DNA of 62,930 nt, taken from the NCBI GenBank assembly GCA_043827025.1, contig JBDRPL010000024.1:1-62930 (forward strand), in the 5' to 3' direction. Position 1 is the stretch's first letter. Each line of letters starts with the position of its first letter. This document shows, piece after piece, positions 1-9,564 of this stretch. The stretch comes from Candidatus Micrarchaeota archaeon. Its GTDB lineage: Archaea > Micrarchaeota > Micrarchaeia > Anstonellales > Bilamarchaeaceae. The translations under genes and the position numbers were made by a program. Below the pieces are notes generated by a model. The model did no database searches. It saw only the letters and a list, made by a program, of their open reading frames with translations, and was not told the origin of the DNA.

Positions 1-1
1 A

Positions 2-796
2 AAAAGTTCGGCTCATGCAATAAGGGAGGCTGCAAGGCATATTGAAGGAAGGAAAATCAATATAAGGAATGTGCTGAATGGACAAAACCTAGACATAAAA
101 TATGAAAATATCTGTGGGCAACAAATTCCGATGGAAGTAAAGAAACGACTTGATCCAAATTGTTGGGATTGCTTGGAAGGAACAGAATACATCTCATTGC
201 CTAGGTCGGAAGCATGGACAAGATTCAGTCAAGATACTGAGTTTTTAATGCCAATGAACTTAGCAGAATGCAGAGCTCTTTTTCGAATATCAACAATTGC
301 TATTGAAACGGATGATAGTACTTTGATTTCACTTGCACTGGGAGAAGGGTGCAGCGGAGGCTGGGGAACCTTCCCGGGACGTGAAAATATAGTAACGCGA
401 GTCTCAGCCGACGCTCAAGAAAAATTTCCATTTATTCTTCCACACCCTAGTATCGTACCAGTACACATAACTAAAGTTGATCCAACTGGATTTGGTGGAA
501 GTATGAACCTCAAAAGCACGCAAGAATTTTGGGGCATGGAACCTGAATCGCTTGTCAGATTAATTAGGGTCGGAGATACTGAAAGATATGGATATGAGGA
601 AGGGTCAAGAAATGAAGTAAGTTTTATATTTCTGAATGGCCAAGTTCTTGCCCTAGAGTTTGGAAGGAATTCAGAAGCAGAAACCTTGCTATGGATTGAC
701 ATTACAAAAGCCAGAGAAGAACCCATCAGATATTTAGTTGATACTGGCTTCAGGCCATTGCTTCTTGGAGAACCCGACAGCATATATTTTAAATAA
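2..796 (+). CDS. hypothetical protein (5'-truncated by window edge)
   Basis: ORF 71..796; the same frame is open back to position 2; no recognisable motif. Confidence 0.6.
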   Translation, partial: KSSAHAIREAARHIEGRKINIRNVLNGQNLDIKYENICGQQIPMEVKKRLDPNCWDCLEGTEYISLPRSEAWTRFSQDTEFLMPMNLAECRALFRISTIAIETDDSTLISLALGEGCSGGWGTFPGRENIVTRVSADAQEKFPFILPHPSIVPVHITKVDPTGFGGSMNLKSTQEFWGMEPESLVRLIRVGDTERYGYEEGSRNEVSFIFLNGQVLALEFGRNSEAETLLWIDITKAREEPIRYLVDTGFRPLLLGEPDSIYFK

Positions 797-816
797 CTGC
801 AGGCTAATCCCTAATC

Positions 817-1248
817 ATGTATGACATCGTCAGGTTTGAAAGCGACCAAAATTACAATTACGAAAAAGTCAAAGATAAGATCCTCAGATGCAAGAATGTT
901 GAACAGGCAAGACAACAGTGGAATCGAAAGGCATTGGTGATGCTTGAGGATTACTCGTTTGATGAAGGATTAATGAAAGAAATTGCAGAAAAGAAGAAGC
1001 TGTGTTTTTTGCTCGATCTTTCAAGAATAATAAAATCATACGGAGTAAGAAGGGCAATTGAACTCACTAAAATGAGGAACTTTCTCAGATTCTGCAACAA
1101 GTTCGGGGCATTCTATGCATTTGCTACTTTTGAAGAGAAGAAGGAGAATGCAAGAAGCGAACGTGAGGTATTAAATATCGCAAAACTATTCGAGATAAAC
1201 GATGGCCAAGCCAAATTTGCAGTGAAGATGCTACAACACTACTTATAA
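817..1248 (+). CDS. RNase P protein subunit Rpp30-like, shortened
   Basis: C-terminal half resembles Rpp30 (LLDLSRII..GVRRAIELTKMR..L....KFGAFY; ARSEREVLNIAKLF); only 143 aa. Confidence 0.5.
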   Translation: MYDIVRFESDQNYNYEKVKDKILRCKNVEQARQQWNRKALVMLEDYSFDEGLMKEIAEKKKLCFLLDLSRIIKSYGVRRAIELTKMRNFLRFCNKFGAFYAFATFEEKKENARSEREVLNIAKLFEINDGQAKFAVKMLQHYL

Positions 1249-2012
1249 GCAACACATAGACGATAACAAAAAGGATCAATGTCCAGTTTCTTGGGAAGCA
1301 TTTCAACTTTCCTAAACCCCGCACCCAATAATAGATTTCTAACCAGGTCAAAATCAATATCCAAACCTTTTATAGTATGGCTCTCCAGATTTGTCCCAAA
1401 TGACCAATGACGTATTCCATCATGGTGTTGCGCATCCACGAAAGGCCGTACTAGTGTTCCATCCACCTCCATTTCAGGAATTTCATACTTAGCGTGTTTA
1501 TCTTTAATCAAATCAAACAAAAAAAGACCACCAATATCCAAACAACTGAGAATAGCTGAAAAAGACTCTTTTAATGCCTGGATTCCCTCTTCACGTACCT
1601 GTTCTTCATGTTTCCCATCCCCCCAATTACATGCATAGGGAAGTGAATTACCTAAAACAAACACTAGATTAAACATGGAATGCTGGAATGTTTCGTGAAG
1701 CTCTTGCCAAAAAGACCTTCTTAACCTTCTTAATAAATGTGGATGAGTTTGCAATAATGAAGCAGTTTCATTGACCATTGCAACGTCTCCATCTGAAAAA
1801 TACCATTCTCTTGTATCTTGTAGAGCCACTGGAACCAAATGTCCGGTTCCGCAGGATGCATCCAGGACCCTGGCATACTTAGAAACACAAAGGGCATCTA
1901 AAACACTCTGGACTTTACCAGATTGCCTTGAATCAATTGCTCCCCGTATTATCTTCCAAAGCCGAGTAATTTTTCTTGCTTCTTCTGGATTTTCTCTAAA
2001 TTGTCTTCGCAT
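1239..2012 (-). CDS. class I SAM-dependent methyltransferase (glycine/sarcosine N-methyltransferase-like)
   Basis: Motif I RVLDASCGTG; FNLVFVLGNSLPY; LDIGGLFLFD. Confidence 0.8.
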   Translation of the reverse strand: MRRQFRENPEEARKITRLWKIIRGAIDSRQSGKVQSVLDALCVSKYARVLDASCGTGHLVPVALQDTREWYFSDGDVAMVNETASLLQTHPHLLRRLRRSFWQELHETFQHSMFNLVFVLGNSLPYACNWGDGKHEEQVREEGIQALKESFSAILSCLDIGGLFLFDLIKDKHAKYEIPEMEVDGTLVRPFVDAQHHDGIRHWSFGTNLESHTIKGLDIDFDLVRNLLLGAGFRKVEMLPKKLDIDPFCYRLCVAYK

Positions 2013-2107
2013 ATGCTCTTTTGTGTTTTTATATCTATTTTAATATTCTTAGTAAAAAATAGGTCAAAACATAAAATTTATAAGCATTTATTATAAAAAG
2101 AATAAAT

Positions 2108-3061
2108 ATGAATCTAGATAACCTTGACTGGAAGATACTTGCGGAATTGGACAATGATGCAAGGGCCCCAAATACGAGAATTGCAAAAAAACTAAGAACC
2201 AACAAAAATGTGGTTAACTATAGGATCCAAAATCTTGAAAAGAAGGGAATTATACGGGGATATTATACGATAATCAATGCTTACAAACTGGGTTACCAGG
2301 GATATAGACTATATCTTAGATTTCAATACACAGATACGCAAAAAGAAAAGGAGATAATGGAATATTTCATCAAACAGAAGAACAACTGGTGGATTTCATA
2401 CTTAAAAGGAAACTGGAACATGGCCATCCTCTCATGGTTCAGAAACCAAAGGGAATTGGTAGGTGCAATGAACGAGTTTTTCAAACAGTATCGGGATTTT
2501 GTTGAGGATTACCAACTGGTAGTTTATTATGGAATAAAACATTACAGACTTCCGTTTACTAAAAAATATTTAATGGGCGGGGCAAAAAAAGAATGTATGC
2601 AAGCCGATGAAAAAATAGAAACTGACAAAACAGAGATAGAAATTTTAAAATACCTAAGCACAAATGGGAAGGCATCGCTTATAGCAATAGCCAATAAAGT
2701 TAATCTTACACCCTCCGCAGTAAAATATAGAATAAAACAACTTCTTAATAAGGGGATAGTCCTCGGCTTTAGGCCAATCTTTGACATAAAAAAACTGGGG
2801 TATCTCCAATATAAGCTAGACATAAATGTAAAGGATACATCTATTATTGAAAAGATAGGCAAATTTGCAGAAGAACATGACAATGTCTTTTACCTAGACC
2901 AAACATTAGGTTATGCAGATGTTGAACTAGAAGTATATGTTAATGATGAAAAGGAGTTTTTTCAGATAATCAGGGATATACGAGATAAATTCTCAGGAAA
3001 TATAAAAGATCACAGATTCTTCCTATTTGAAGAAATTACAAAGATTGAGTATATGCCATAG
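2108..3061 (+). CDS. tandem double Lrp/AsnC-family transcriptional regulator
   Basis: Two HTH+RAM repeats (LDWKILAELDNDAR...VNYRIQNLEKKGII; EIEILKYLSTNGK...VKYRIKQLLNKGIV). Confidence 0.9.
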   Translation: MNLDNLDWKILAELDNDARAPNTRIAKKLRTNKNVVNYRIQNLEKKGIIRGYYTIINAYKLGYQGYRLYLRFQYTDTQKEKEIMEYFIKQKNNWWISYLKGNWNMAILSWFRNQRELVGAMNEFFKQYRDFVEDYQLVVYYGIKHYRLPFTKKYLMGGAKKECMQADEKIETDKTEIEILKYLSTNGKASLIAIANKVNLTPSAVKYRIKQLLNKGIVLGFRPIFDIKKLGYLQYKLDINVKDTSIIEKIGKFAEEHDNVFYLDQTLGYADVELEVYVNDEKEFFQIIRDIRDKFSGNIKDHRFFLFEEITKIEYMP

Positions 3062-3070
3062 TATAAAGGA

Positions 3071-4495
3071 CTAACACCTTATTGCCCGACTTCTTTCGAC
3101 AATTGGCCTATTTGACTTAGGAGGATTTCTTTCCCATTTCATTGTCCTATGGAATTCACAGCGAGTGATGAGTTTGTTTTCCTCTCTTGCGCCTCTTAGC
3201 TTTTCGAATACCCTCGTAAGTTCAAGATATCCCTGTCTTATCTGCTCCTGATCATTTATATGGATATCTCCAAAGGTAGAGCCTCTTGTCCCAGGATAAA
3301 GACAAAAATTGCTTACACTCCCATCAGGCCTTATTCTAAAAGAGGGTTCACAATTAAATAAAAATAATAAAGGACATACGCCCAAATTAATTTTCTGAAG
3401 TTGGTCTGGTGAAAGATCTTGCTCATAATTTAATAGTGCATCACCAGTGGATTTAACCAAGAGATTGTCCATCCTACCGCCCTGTATGAAATGATTCAAA
3501 AAACGACGCAGATCACTAATTGTATTGGAATATTTAGTGTTATCCTTACAATCGTCAAACAAAAGATTGATGGCCGCAGACTGTAAACCAATAGCTTTCA
3601 AAAGTTCAAAAGTATCTCTTACTCTAGAAGTGTAATCTGACACATCATCTCTTGCAGCAAGATTTTCAAAATTAAAACTGACTACCGCATGAAGATCAGA
3701 AGCATACGCTCCAAGAGAGTCTAAAGCACGTAAAAATCTTCTACCAAATTTTTCATTTTGCATAAGAAGGCCTGCAGTTGTAAATGAAACTTGAATCCCA
3801 TAATCACAAATTAGGGTGTGGATGAATTTTGCCAACCCTTCCGGATCAGGGTGAATCAGAATCTCGCCATCACCAAGATGAATTTTTGTAGCGAACACCA
3901 CCTGTTCGCTTTGGAGAATATCATAAGCAAGCCCTATATCCATAACATCATGCGTTGGCATTGCACCAACTGAACAATATGGGCATCTTGCATAACACCT
4001 TTCACTGACATTAAGGCCCCCAATCATCAAACCAGTTGTTTTTAGAGTATGCTCGTTTATCAGAGGACGGAGGCTATATTCAATTTCTTTAATCTGGGAA
4101 AAAATATCCATGCCATTCACGAGATACTGCCCAAAATCAGGGGCTAAATGGGGTAACCCGGATTCACAGTCCTTCAATGCCATGAATAGCTCAAAAAGTT
4201 GTCCTTTTAGTGCATCTACCTTTCCAGAATTTTCAACACTTAAGTTCAAACCATCTAATCTCCTCAAGGTTGCCAATAATTTGTCCAAAATCACCAGCCA
4301 ACCACGCAAGCAAGACTCAACAATACCATTAAACCTTTCAAACAAAACATGAGGATAGGTCTCTTGTTGGCCAGTTAAATGCAGGAGGATCTCTGAATAT
4401 GTTTCATTGAAGTCCTGATAAAATCTTTCAAAGTCATTCCCGCTCATAATAGAATATCGCAAATAATCGTAAGGCAGGGAATCACCTGATTGCAC
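3071..4495 (-). CDS. radical SAM protein with C-terminal Cys-containing extension
   Basis: CxxxCxxC (CYARCPYC); DGE; FTTAG; IRPDGSVSNFC; CEFH. Confidence 0.85.
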   Translation of the reverse strand: MQSGDSLPYDYLRYSIMSGNDFERFYQDFNETYSEILLHLTGQQETYPHVLFERFNGIVESCLRGWLVILDKLLATLRRLDGLNLSVENSGKVDALKGQLFELFMALKDCESGLPHLAPDFGQYLVNGMDIFSQIKEIEYSLRPLINEHTLKTTGLMIGGLNVSERCYARCPYCSVGAMPTHDVMDIGLAYDILQSEQVVFATKIHLGDGEILIHPDPEGLAKFIHTLICDYGIQVSFTTAGLLMQNEKFGRRFLRALDSLGAYASDLHAVVSFNFENLAARDDVSDYTSRVRDTFELLKAIGLQSAAINLLFDDCKDNTKYSNTISDLRRFLNHFIQGGRMDNLLVKSTGDALLNYEQDLSPDQLQKINLGVCPLLFLFNCEPSFRIRPDGSVSNFCLYPGTRGSTFGDIHINDQEQIRQGYLELTRVFEKLRGAREENKLITRCEFHRTMKWERNPPKSNRPIVERSRAIRC

Positions 4496-5750
4496 GACGA
4501 ATCAAAGGACGCTCTGATCTTGGCGGCATTAGCCTCAAACCCATTGTTCTGTGGAGCTCACAGATATTTACGCCTGGATTTTCTGCACGAATTCGCCTAT
4601 GAGCAGAAACAAACTCTGAAAAACCTGCTCTGACCTGTGCAGCATCATTTTCATAGATGTTTCCGAAACTTGTGCCTCTGGTTCCTGGATTAGAACAATG
4701 GTTTGCGATTTCTCCATTTGCACGTATCCCAAACTCTGCACGGGAATAACATGTTTTTTCAGGCGCCGGACGGATTGTGGAATAATTTCTAAGCGCCCTG
4801 CCAACCCGCCCTTCAACTCGCCTTTGCTCTGTTAGAAGAGGAACACTTAATGTACTTTGTATTTGTTCAATTGCCCCAGTATGAAGCAAATCACCATCAC
4901 CTTGCGAATACATCACAATAAGTCCAAAGTCAGGGGTGCCAATGCTATGTGCAATAACTTGTAGTGTTTCAAGAACACAATTAACGTATAATTGTGGATC
5001 AGATTTTCCAACTGGATTGAGGAAATTGAAACTAACTGAAACGAACAGATCATCTGCATAAGGGCCAAGCTTTGAAAGAGTTTGGAAAAACCTTCTTCCA
5101 TGCTCCTGGTTCTGTGGCAATAAACCTGCAGTTGTAAACCGGATTGGCAAACCGTAATCAACAATAAGCGAAACCACAAATTCGGCGAATCCAGGGTCGC
5201 GATGGATTATAACTTCACCGTCCTTCAACCTTAGATGAATCAAACGATCAAAAAACAACAGATCACTTGCTAGAATATCATGCATCATTTCAACAGGCAT
5301 CTCTGAATCAATTGGCAAAGCATTGATGGAACAATAATCGCATGCGCCAAGGCAGCGTTCATTTGCATAGATCGAGCCTATTTTCAGGAAATCCTGCGAA
5401 ATTCGTGCAGGCGCTGCATTCAAAATTTTCTTCCCGCTTACAAGGTTTCTCAAATACCTTTCGTATATCTCAAGGGTCCTAAGCTGACTCCTTGGATAAC
5501 AATCCAATTCATAAATCATTTTTTGAATGCAATCCTTGATTGGTTCTTGTCTTTCCAAAGGCGCTTGTGGAATTCTCTCTAATGTTGCAACAAGCTTCAA
5601 AAGGAAACTATGTACATTCTTCAGGCCTTCATGGCTAACAAGCAATGCAAGAACACGTGAATCAGGTTGCATGCCCAGTAATGATTCTGCCTTTTCGTAC
5701 AGAGGATGTATACTGCCTAGGGCCTTATCAGTCAAACTGGGCGCAAACAT
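4482..5750 (-). CDS. radical SAM protein, paralog of 3071..4495
   Basis: CxxxCxxC (CLGACDYC); DGE; FTTAG; IRANGEIANHC; CELH. Confidence 0.85.
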   Translation of the reverse strand: MFAPSLTDKALGSIHPLYEKAESLLGMQPDSRVLALLVSHEGLKNVHSFLLKLVATLERIPQAPLERQEPIKDCIQKMIYELDCYPRSQLRTLEIYERYLRNLVSGKKILNAAPARISQDFLKIGSIYANERCLGACDYCSINALPIDSEMPVEMMHDILASDLLFFDRLIHLRLKDGEVIIHRDPGFAEFVVSLIVDYGLPIRFTTAGLLPQNQEHGRRFFQTLSKLGPYADDLFVSVSFNFLNPVGKSDPQLYVNCVLETLQVIAHSIGTPDFGLIVMYSQGDGDLLHTGAIEQIQSTLSVPLLTEQRRVEGRVGRALRNYSTIRPAPEKTCYSRAEFGIRANGEIANHCSNPGTRGTSFGNIYENDAAQVRAGFSEFVSAHRRIRAENPGVNICELHRTMGLRLMPPRSERPLIRRAIR

Positions 5751-5799
5751 AATAGATATCTTAAGGTATTAGACTTTTAAACTTATGTTTATTTATGGA

Positions 5800-6396
5800 T
5801 TAATGTGTCTTCTTTACTTTTATGAAACATCTTCGTAGAATAAGTGAGACTACAGCCACGCATAGCAAAGTCAGATAAACAGGATAGATGATTACATCTA
5901 ATTTCCAGACTTGTATTGCAAACAAATTGATAAAATCAGCAATGAAGAAAAGAGACCAAGCTGTGAGACTTTCGCTGTTAGGGTTACGGTAAACTTTCCT
6001 TATTGTCGGCAGGGCGCCAAGGAAATCTATTGCTATATTGATATATAGGGTGAATTGGGGGCCTAAAATGAACCAAACCAAAACACTAACGAGCACGCTT
6101 GCTATGCAGCACTTATCAAACGTCGTCCAGCCTCCTTCGCCATATTTCAGCGAGATAATTGCAACGGCCAATGGGCCGAGAATTATTGTAAGTGGAACCC
6201 ATATGGTTGTATGCCCCCCTAAGGAGTAATGGCTTATTGTCAGCAGAATGCCTGCAAAGGTCCAAATCCACCACGAAGCCCTATTCGGCTTCTTACCTGA
6301 TTTAAGAACAGAATGGATGTAAGGTATGAAAGCAATCAAAGAGATGAAACCAGCAATCATTCCGATTGTGTTTGCATCTAAAACCAATTCAGACAT
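5800..6396 (-). CDS. multi-pass membrane protein, PQ-loop/SemiSWEET-like
   Basis: About 7 hydrophobic segments; repeats FIPYI..KPN..SW and LPTIRKVY..P.SES..AW; start moved to MSEL. Confidence 0.65.
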   Translation of the reverse strand: MSELVLDANTIGMIAGFISLIAFIPYIHSVLKSGKKPNRASWWIWTFAGILLTISHYSLGGHTTIWVPLTIILGPLAVAIISLKYGEGGWTTFDKCCIASVLVSVLVWFILGPQFTLYINIAIDFLGALPTIRKVYRNPNSESLTAWSLFFIADFINLFAIQVWKLDVIIYPVYLTLLCVAVVSLILRRCFIKVKKTH

Positions 6397-6420
6397 AAGG
6401 AATAGAAACAATTGTAATCA

Positions 6421-6609
6421 TTTATAAATCCTTCCTTCCAATAAAAGTGTCCTTCGAAGAATAGTATCTGTAAGTAAATACTAACATCGAACACCTTATG
6501 AGCGAGGGCTCTTAAGATTCGTCTTATTTTAAGGACGAAGAACAAGTATGAAAAGTAAGTCTGTTTTAGACTGACTAGATGAAATCATATTCAATATGGG
6601 GTAGAGTAT
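6421..6609 (+). promoter_or_regulatory. TATA box plus ~160-nt structured 5' leader of the rps17 operon
   Basis: TTTATAAA at 6421-6428 followed by five hand-identified hairpins. Confidence 0.5.
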
Positions 6610-6903
6610 ATGACAACAGAATGCAAAGACAAGAACTGCTATGTTCATGGAGACCTCAGCGTAAGAGGGGGAAGACTAGGAGGCATTGTAGTGAGCAACA
6701 AGGGTAAAAACAGCGTCGTGGTAGAAAGAGATGCTACGAACTACGTCTCGAAATACAAGAGGTATGCAAGGGAAAGGTCAAGAATTGCAGCTCACAACCC
6801 GCCATGCATAAATGCAAAGGTAGGGGATATGGTCATGCTCGGAGAAACAAGAAAAATCAGTAAGACAAAGGCATGGACAGTGTTGAAAGTCGAGGGTGCA
6901 TGA
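6610..6903 (+). CDS. rps17: 30S ribosomal protein S17 (uS17)
   Basis: C.D.NCYVHG; KYKRYARERSRIAAHNPPC; ETRKISKTK. Confidence 0.97.
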   Translation: MTTECKDKNCYVHGDLSVRGGRLGGIVVSNKGKNSVVVERDATNYVSKYKRYARERSRIAAHNPPCINAKVGDMVMLGETRKISKTKAWTVLKVEGA

Positions 6904-7304
6904 ACATGAAAGGATTGACATCAAACGTAACAAAAGGACTCCAGTTGGGCACAGTACTCACTTGCACAGACAACAGCGGCGCAAAAGAATTATACATAAT
7001 TTCATCAAGAGGTTTCAAGGGAACCAGAAAAAGGCCTCCCAGTATGGGAGTAGGAAACATCGTAATCGCATCAGTGAGAAAAGGAAAGCCTGACATGGTA
7101 AAGAAAGTAGTAAAGGCGCTCATTGTAAGACAAAAGAAAGAATACAGAAGGGCAAATGGAGTAAGGCTGTCATTCGAAGACAATGCAGCAGTACTGGTAA
7201 CAGATGATAACCTGCCAGTTGGAACAGAGATCAAGGGAGTTGTAGCAAGAGAAATTGTCGAAAGGTTCCCAAAGGTCTCAGCAATAGCAGCAGGCATTAT
7301 ATAA
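6900..7304 (+). CDS. rpl14: 50S ribosomal protein L14 (uL14)
   Basis: CTDNSGAK; RQKKEYRR; FEDNAAV; ATGA overlap with the rps17 stop. Confidence 0.97.
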   Translation: MNMKGLTSNVTKGLQLGTVLTCTDNSGAKELYIISSRGFKGTRKRPPSMGVGNIVIASVRKGKPDMVKKVVKALIVRQKKEYRRANGVRLSFEDNAAVLVTDDNLPVGTEIKGVVAREIVERFPKVSAIAAGII

Positions 7305-7315
7305 TAGGTGGAAAC

Positions 7316-7738
7316 ATGAAGCCAGACACAGAAAGAAAAATAAGATACAAATCAAAACTTCATAAAAAGAAGACCTTCCTTCACGTTCACCTCTCAAAGG
7401 AATTGAGGCTGAAGAACAAGACAAGGGCGATACTTGTCAAGAAAGGAGACAAGGTAAAGATAATGATTGGCAGCAATGCAGGCAAAGAAGCCAAGGTCAG
7501 CGAAGTAGATTATAATAAATCCAAAGTTTACCTAGAAGGCATAGCACACAAGACTGCAAGGGCAAAGGAAGCACCAATACCTTTCCAGCCATCAAATTTA
7601 ATGATAACGGAAATTTCCCCAAGAAAAGAGGAAAAAAAGAAAGAAGTGAAAGTGGAAAAACCAAAGGACATTTCAAAGGAAGCTCCAAAGGAGCATAAGG
7701 CAACACCTCGCAAAGAGGAAGAGTCAAAAAAGAAATAA
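7316..7738 (+). CDS. rpl24: 50S ribosomal protein L24 (uL24)
   Basis: HLSKELR; KOW motif VKKGDKVKIMIG; PSNLMIT. Confidence 0.95.
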   Translation: MKPDTERKIRYKSKLHKKKTFLHVHLSKELRLKNKTRAILVKKGDKVKIMIGSNAGKEAKVSEVDYNKSKVYLEGIAHKTARAKEAPIPFQPSNLMITEISPRKEEKKKEVKVEKPKDISKEAPKEHKATPRKEEESKKK

Positions 7739-7749
7739 CGGTGATATGA

Positions 7750-8460
7750 ATGGCAAAAAGAGGAGGCACTCATCATCAGAAAAGGATTGCAATTGCAAAG
7801 GAAATCCCTATTTCTGATAAGAAGAAATACAAGTGGATGATCCAGACAGCGCCTGGTCCGCACCCAAAAAAGCATTCGATACCCATGGTAGTCGTATTGA
7901 GGGAAATACTCGGGCTTGCAAAGACTTCGGATGAAGCAAAAAGGATACTGACAAAAAGAATGGTACTCATAGATGGAAAAGTGAGAAAGGGATTGAATTT
8001 CCCATTAGGCATTATGGATGTGATTTCATTTCCTGCAATCGAGAAATACTATAGAATAGTGCTTGATTCAAAAGGAAAGCTCAGGCCAGTCCCTATTCAC
8101 AAGAATGAATCCGAGATGAAAATACTCAAAGTCATAAGGAAGCATGTGGCTCCGAAAGGAACACTGGTAGTCACATTCCACGATGGAAAGAACCTTGTTG
8201 CGGATAACAACCTGTCTGTAGGTGACAGCATAGCATTTTCACTCAAGGATTTCAAGCTTGCATCCCTACTTAAATTGGAAAACGGGTGTAGATGCCTTAT
8301 CAGGGAAGGAAAACACGCAGGAACCGTGGCAACGCTAAAGCAGATCCTGAAGAGGGATGGAAGGGATGACGAAGCCGTAGTGAATACTGACAAAGATGAA
8401 TTCATTACAGTCGCAAAGTACCTGTTCGTTGTTAATGATTCATACAAAGGTGCATCATGA
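7750..8460 (+). CDS. rps4e: 30S ribosomal protein S4e (eS4)
   Basis: PGPHPK; IDGKVRK...FPLGIMDVI; HDGKN. Confidence 0.97.
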   Translation: MAKRGGTHHQKRIAIAKEIPISDKKKYKWMIQTAPGPHPKKHSIPMVVVLREILGLAKTSDEAKRILTKRMVLIDGKVRKGLNFPLGIMDVISFPAIEKYYRIVLDSKGKLRPVPIHKNESEMKILKVIRKHVAPKGTLVVTFHDGKNLVADNNLSVGDSIAFSLKDFKLASLLKLENGCRCLIREGKHAGTVATLKQILKRDGRDDEAVVNTDKDEFITVAKYLFVVNDSYKGAS

Positions 8461-8969
8461 TGGCAGATATGAGAGAAATTTTGATAGATAAGGTCACAGT
8501 CAACATAGGGGCAGGAAGTCCTGGAGACAAGCTCGAAAACTCAAGGAATTTGCTGGAAAACCTGACAGGAAAGAGATCAGTGCTTACAACTGCAAAATCC
8601 AGAAACCCTGTTTTCAAATTAAGAGTAGGTCTCGAGATAGGAACTAAAGTGACTCTCAGGGGAACGGATGCAATTTCATTTGTGGAGAAGGCATTGATAG
8701 CAAAGAGAAAAAAGCTAAATGCAAAAAATTTCGATAGAAACGGAAACTTCGCATTCGGAGTACCAGAATATATTGATTTTCCAGGAGCAAAATACGACCC
8801 TAGAATAGGTATGCTCGGATTCGACGTTTGCGTAACATTGAAGAGGCACGGAAAAAGAATCGAGACAAGAAGGTTGCTCAAGACAAGAATCGGAAAGAAA
8901 CACAGGATTACGAAAACTGAGGCAATGGATTTTGCCAAGAACAAACTGGGCGCAAAAATAGAAGAGTGA
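8457..8969 (+). CDS. rpl5: 50S ribosomal protein L5 (uL5)
   Basis: KVTVNIGAG; KVTLRG; GNFAFGVPEYIDFPG..YDP. Confidence 0.97.
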   Translation: MMADMREILIDKVTVNIGAGSPGDKLENSRNLLENLTGKRSVLTTAKSRNPVFKLRVGLEIGTKVTLRGTDAISFVEKALIAKRKKLNAKNFDRNGNFAFGVPEYIDFPGAKYDPRIGMLGFDVCVTLKRHGKRIETRRLLKTRIGKKHRITKTEAMDFAKNKLGAKIEE

Positions 8970-9148
8970 TGATTATGAAAGAAAAAAAAGGAGTGCCTTT
9001 GGAAGACAAATTTAAGGGAAAAGGAAAGAGGATGTGCAAACTATGCCAGACATCAAGAGGCTTGATAAGGAAATACAAGCTTTATGTCTGCAGAAGATGC
9101 TTCAGGGAAGTTGGAGAGCATATAGGCTTCAAGAAATACGGAATATAA
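8966..9148 (+). CDS. rps14: 30S ribosomal protein S14 (uS14, Zn-binding)
   Basis: CKLC...GLIRKY.L.VCRRCFRE. Confidence 0.95.
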   Translation: MMIMKEKKGVPLEDKFKGKGKRMCKLCQTSRGLIRKYKLYVCRRCFREVGEHIGFKKYGI

Positions 9149-9167
9149 TGTTCACGGAGGTTATTAG

Positions 9168-9554
9168 ATGGCTTTAGATTATTTGGCAGACGCATTAAAT
9201 ACTATAAAAACGCATGAAATGGTAGGGCAGAAGGACTGCAGCGTAAAGGCTACTAAGTTAATAGGCCTTGTTCTCGATGTTCTCAAAACCAACAGGTATA
9301 TTGAGGCATACGAAAAAGTCGACAACGGACGAGGAGGATATTTTAATATAACACTCGCAGGAAGGATAAACAACTGCGGTGTCATAAAACCAAGATTTCC
9401 GGTAAAAAAGATGGGGATACCTGAGGCTGAGCAACAATATATCCCAGGTGTGGGAGTAGGATTGTTGATATTGTCAACGTCCGCAGGCCTTATGACCAAT
9501 GCAGAAGCGGAGCAGAAAAAGATCGGTGGAAGACTGATCGCATACATTTATTGA
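9168..9554 (+). CDS. rps8: 30S ribosomal protein S8 (uS8)
   Basis: DYLADAL; GRINNCGVIKPRF; STSAG; GGRLIAY. Confidence 0.97.
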   Translation: MALDYLADALNTIKTHEMVGQKDCSVKATKLIGLVLDVLKTNRYIEAYEKVDNGRGGYFNITLAGRINNCGVIKPRFPVKKMGIPEAEQQYIPGVGVGLLILSTSAGLMTNAEAEQKKIGGRLIAYIY

Positions 9555-9564
9555 TGTGATACAT

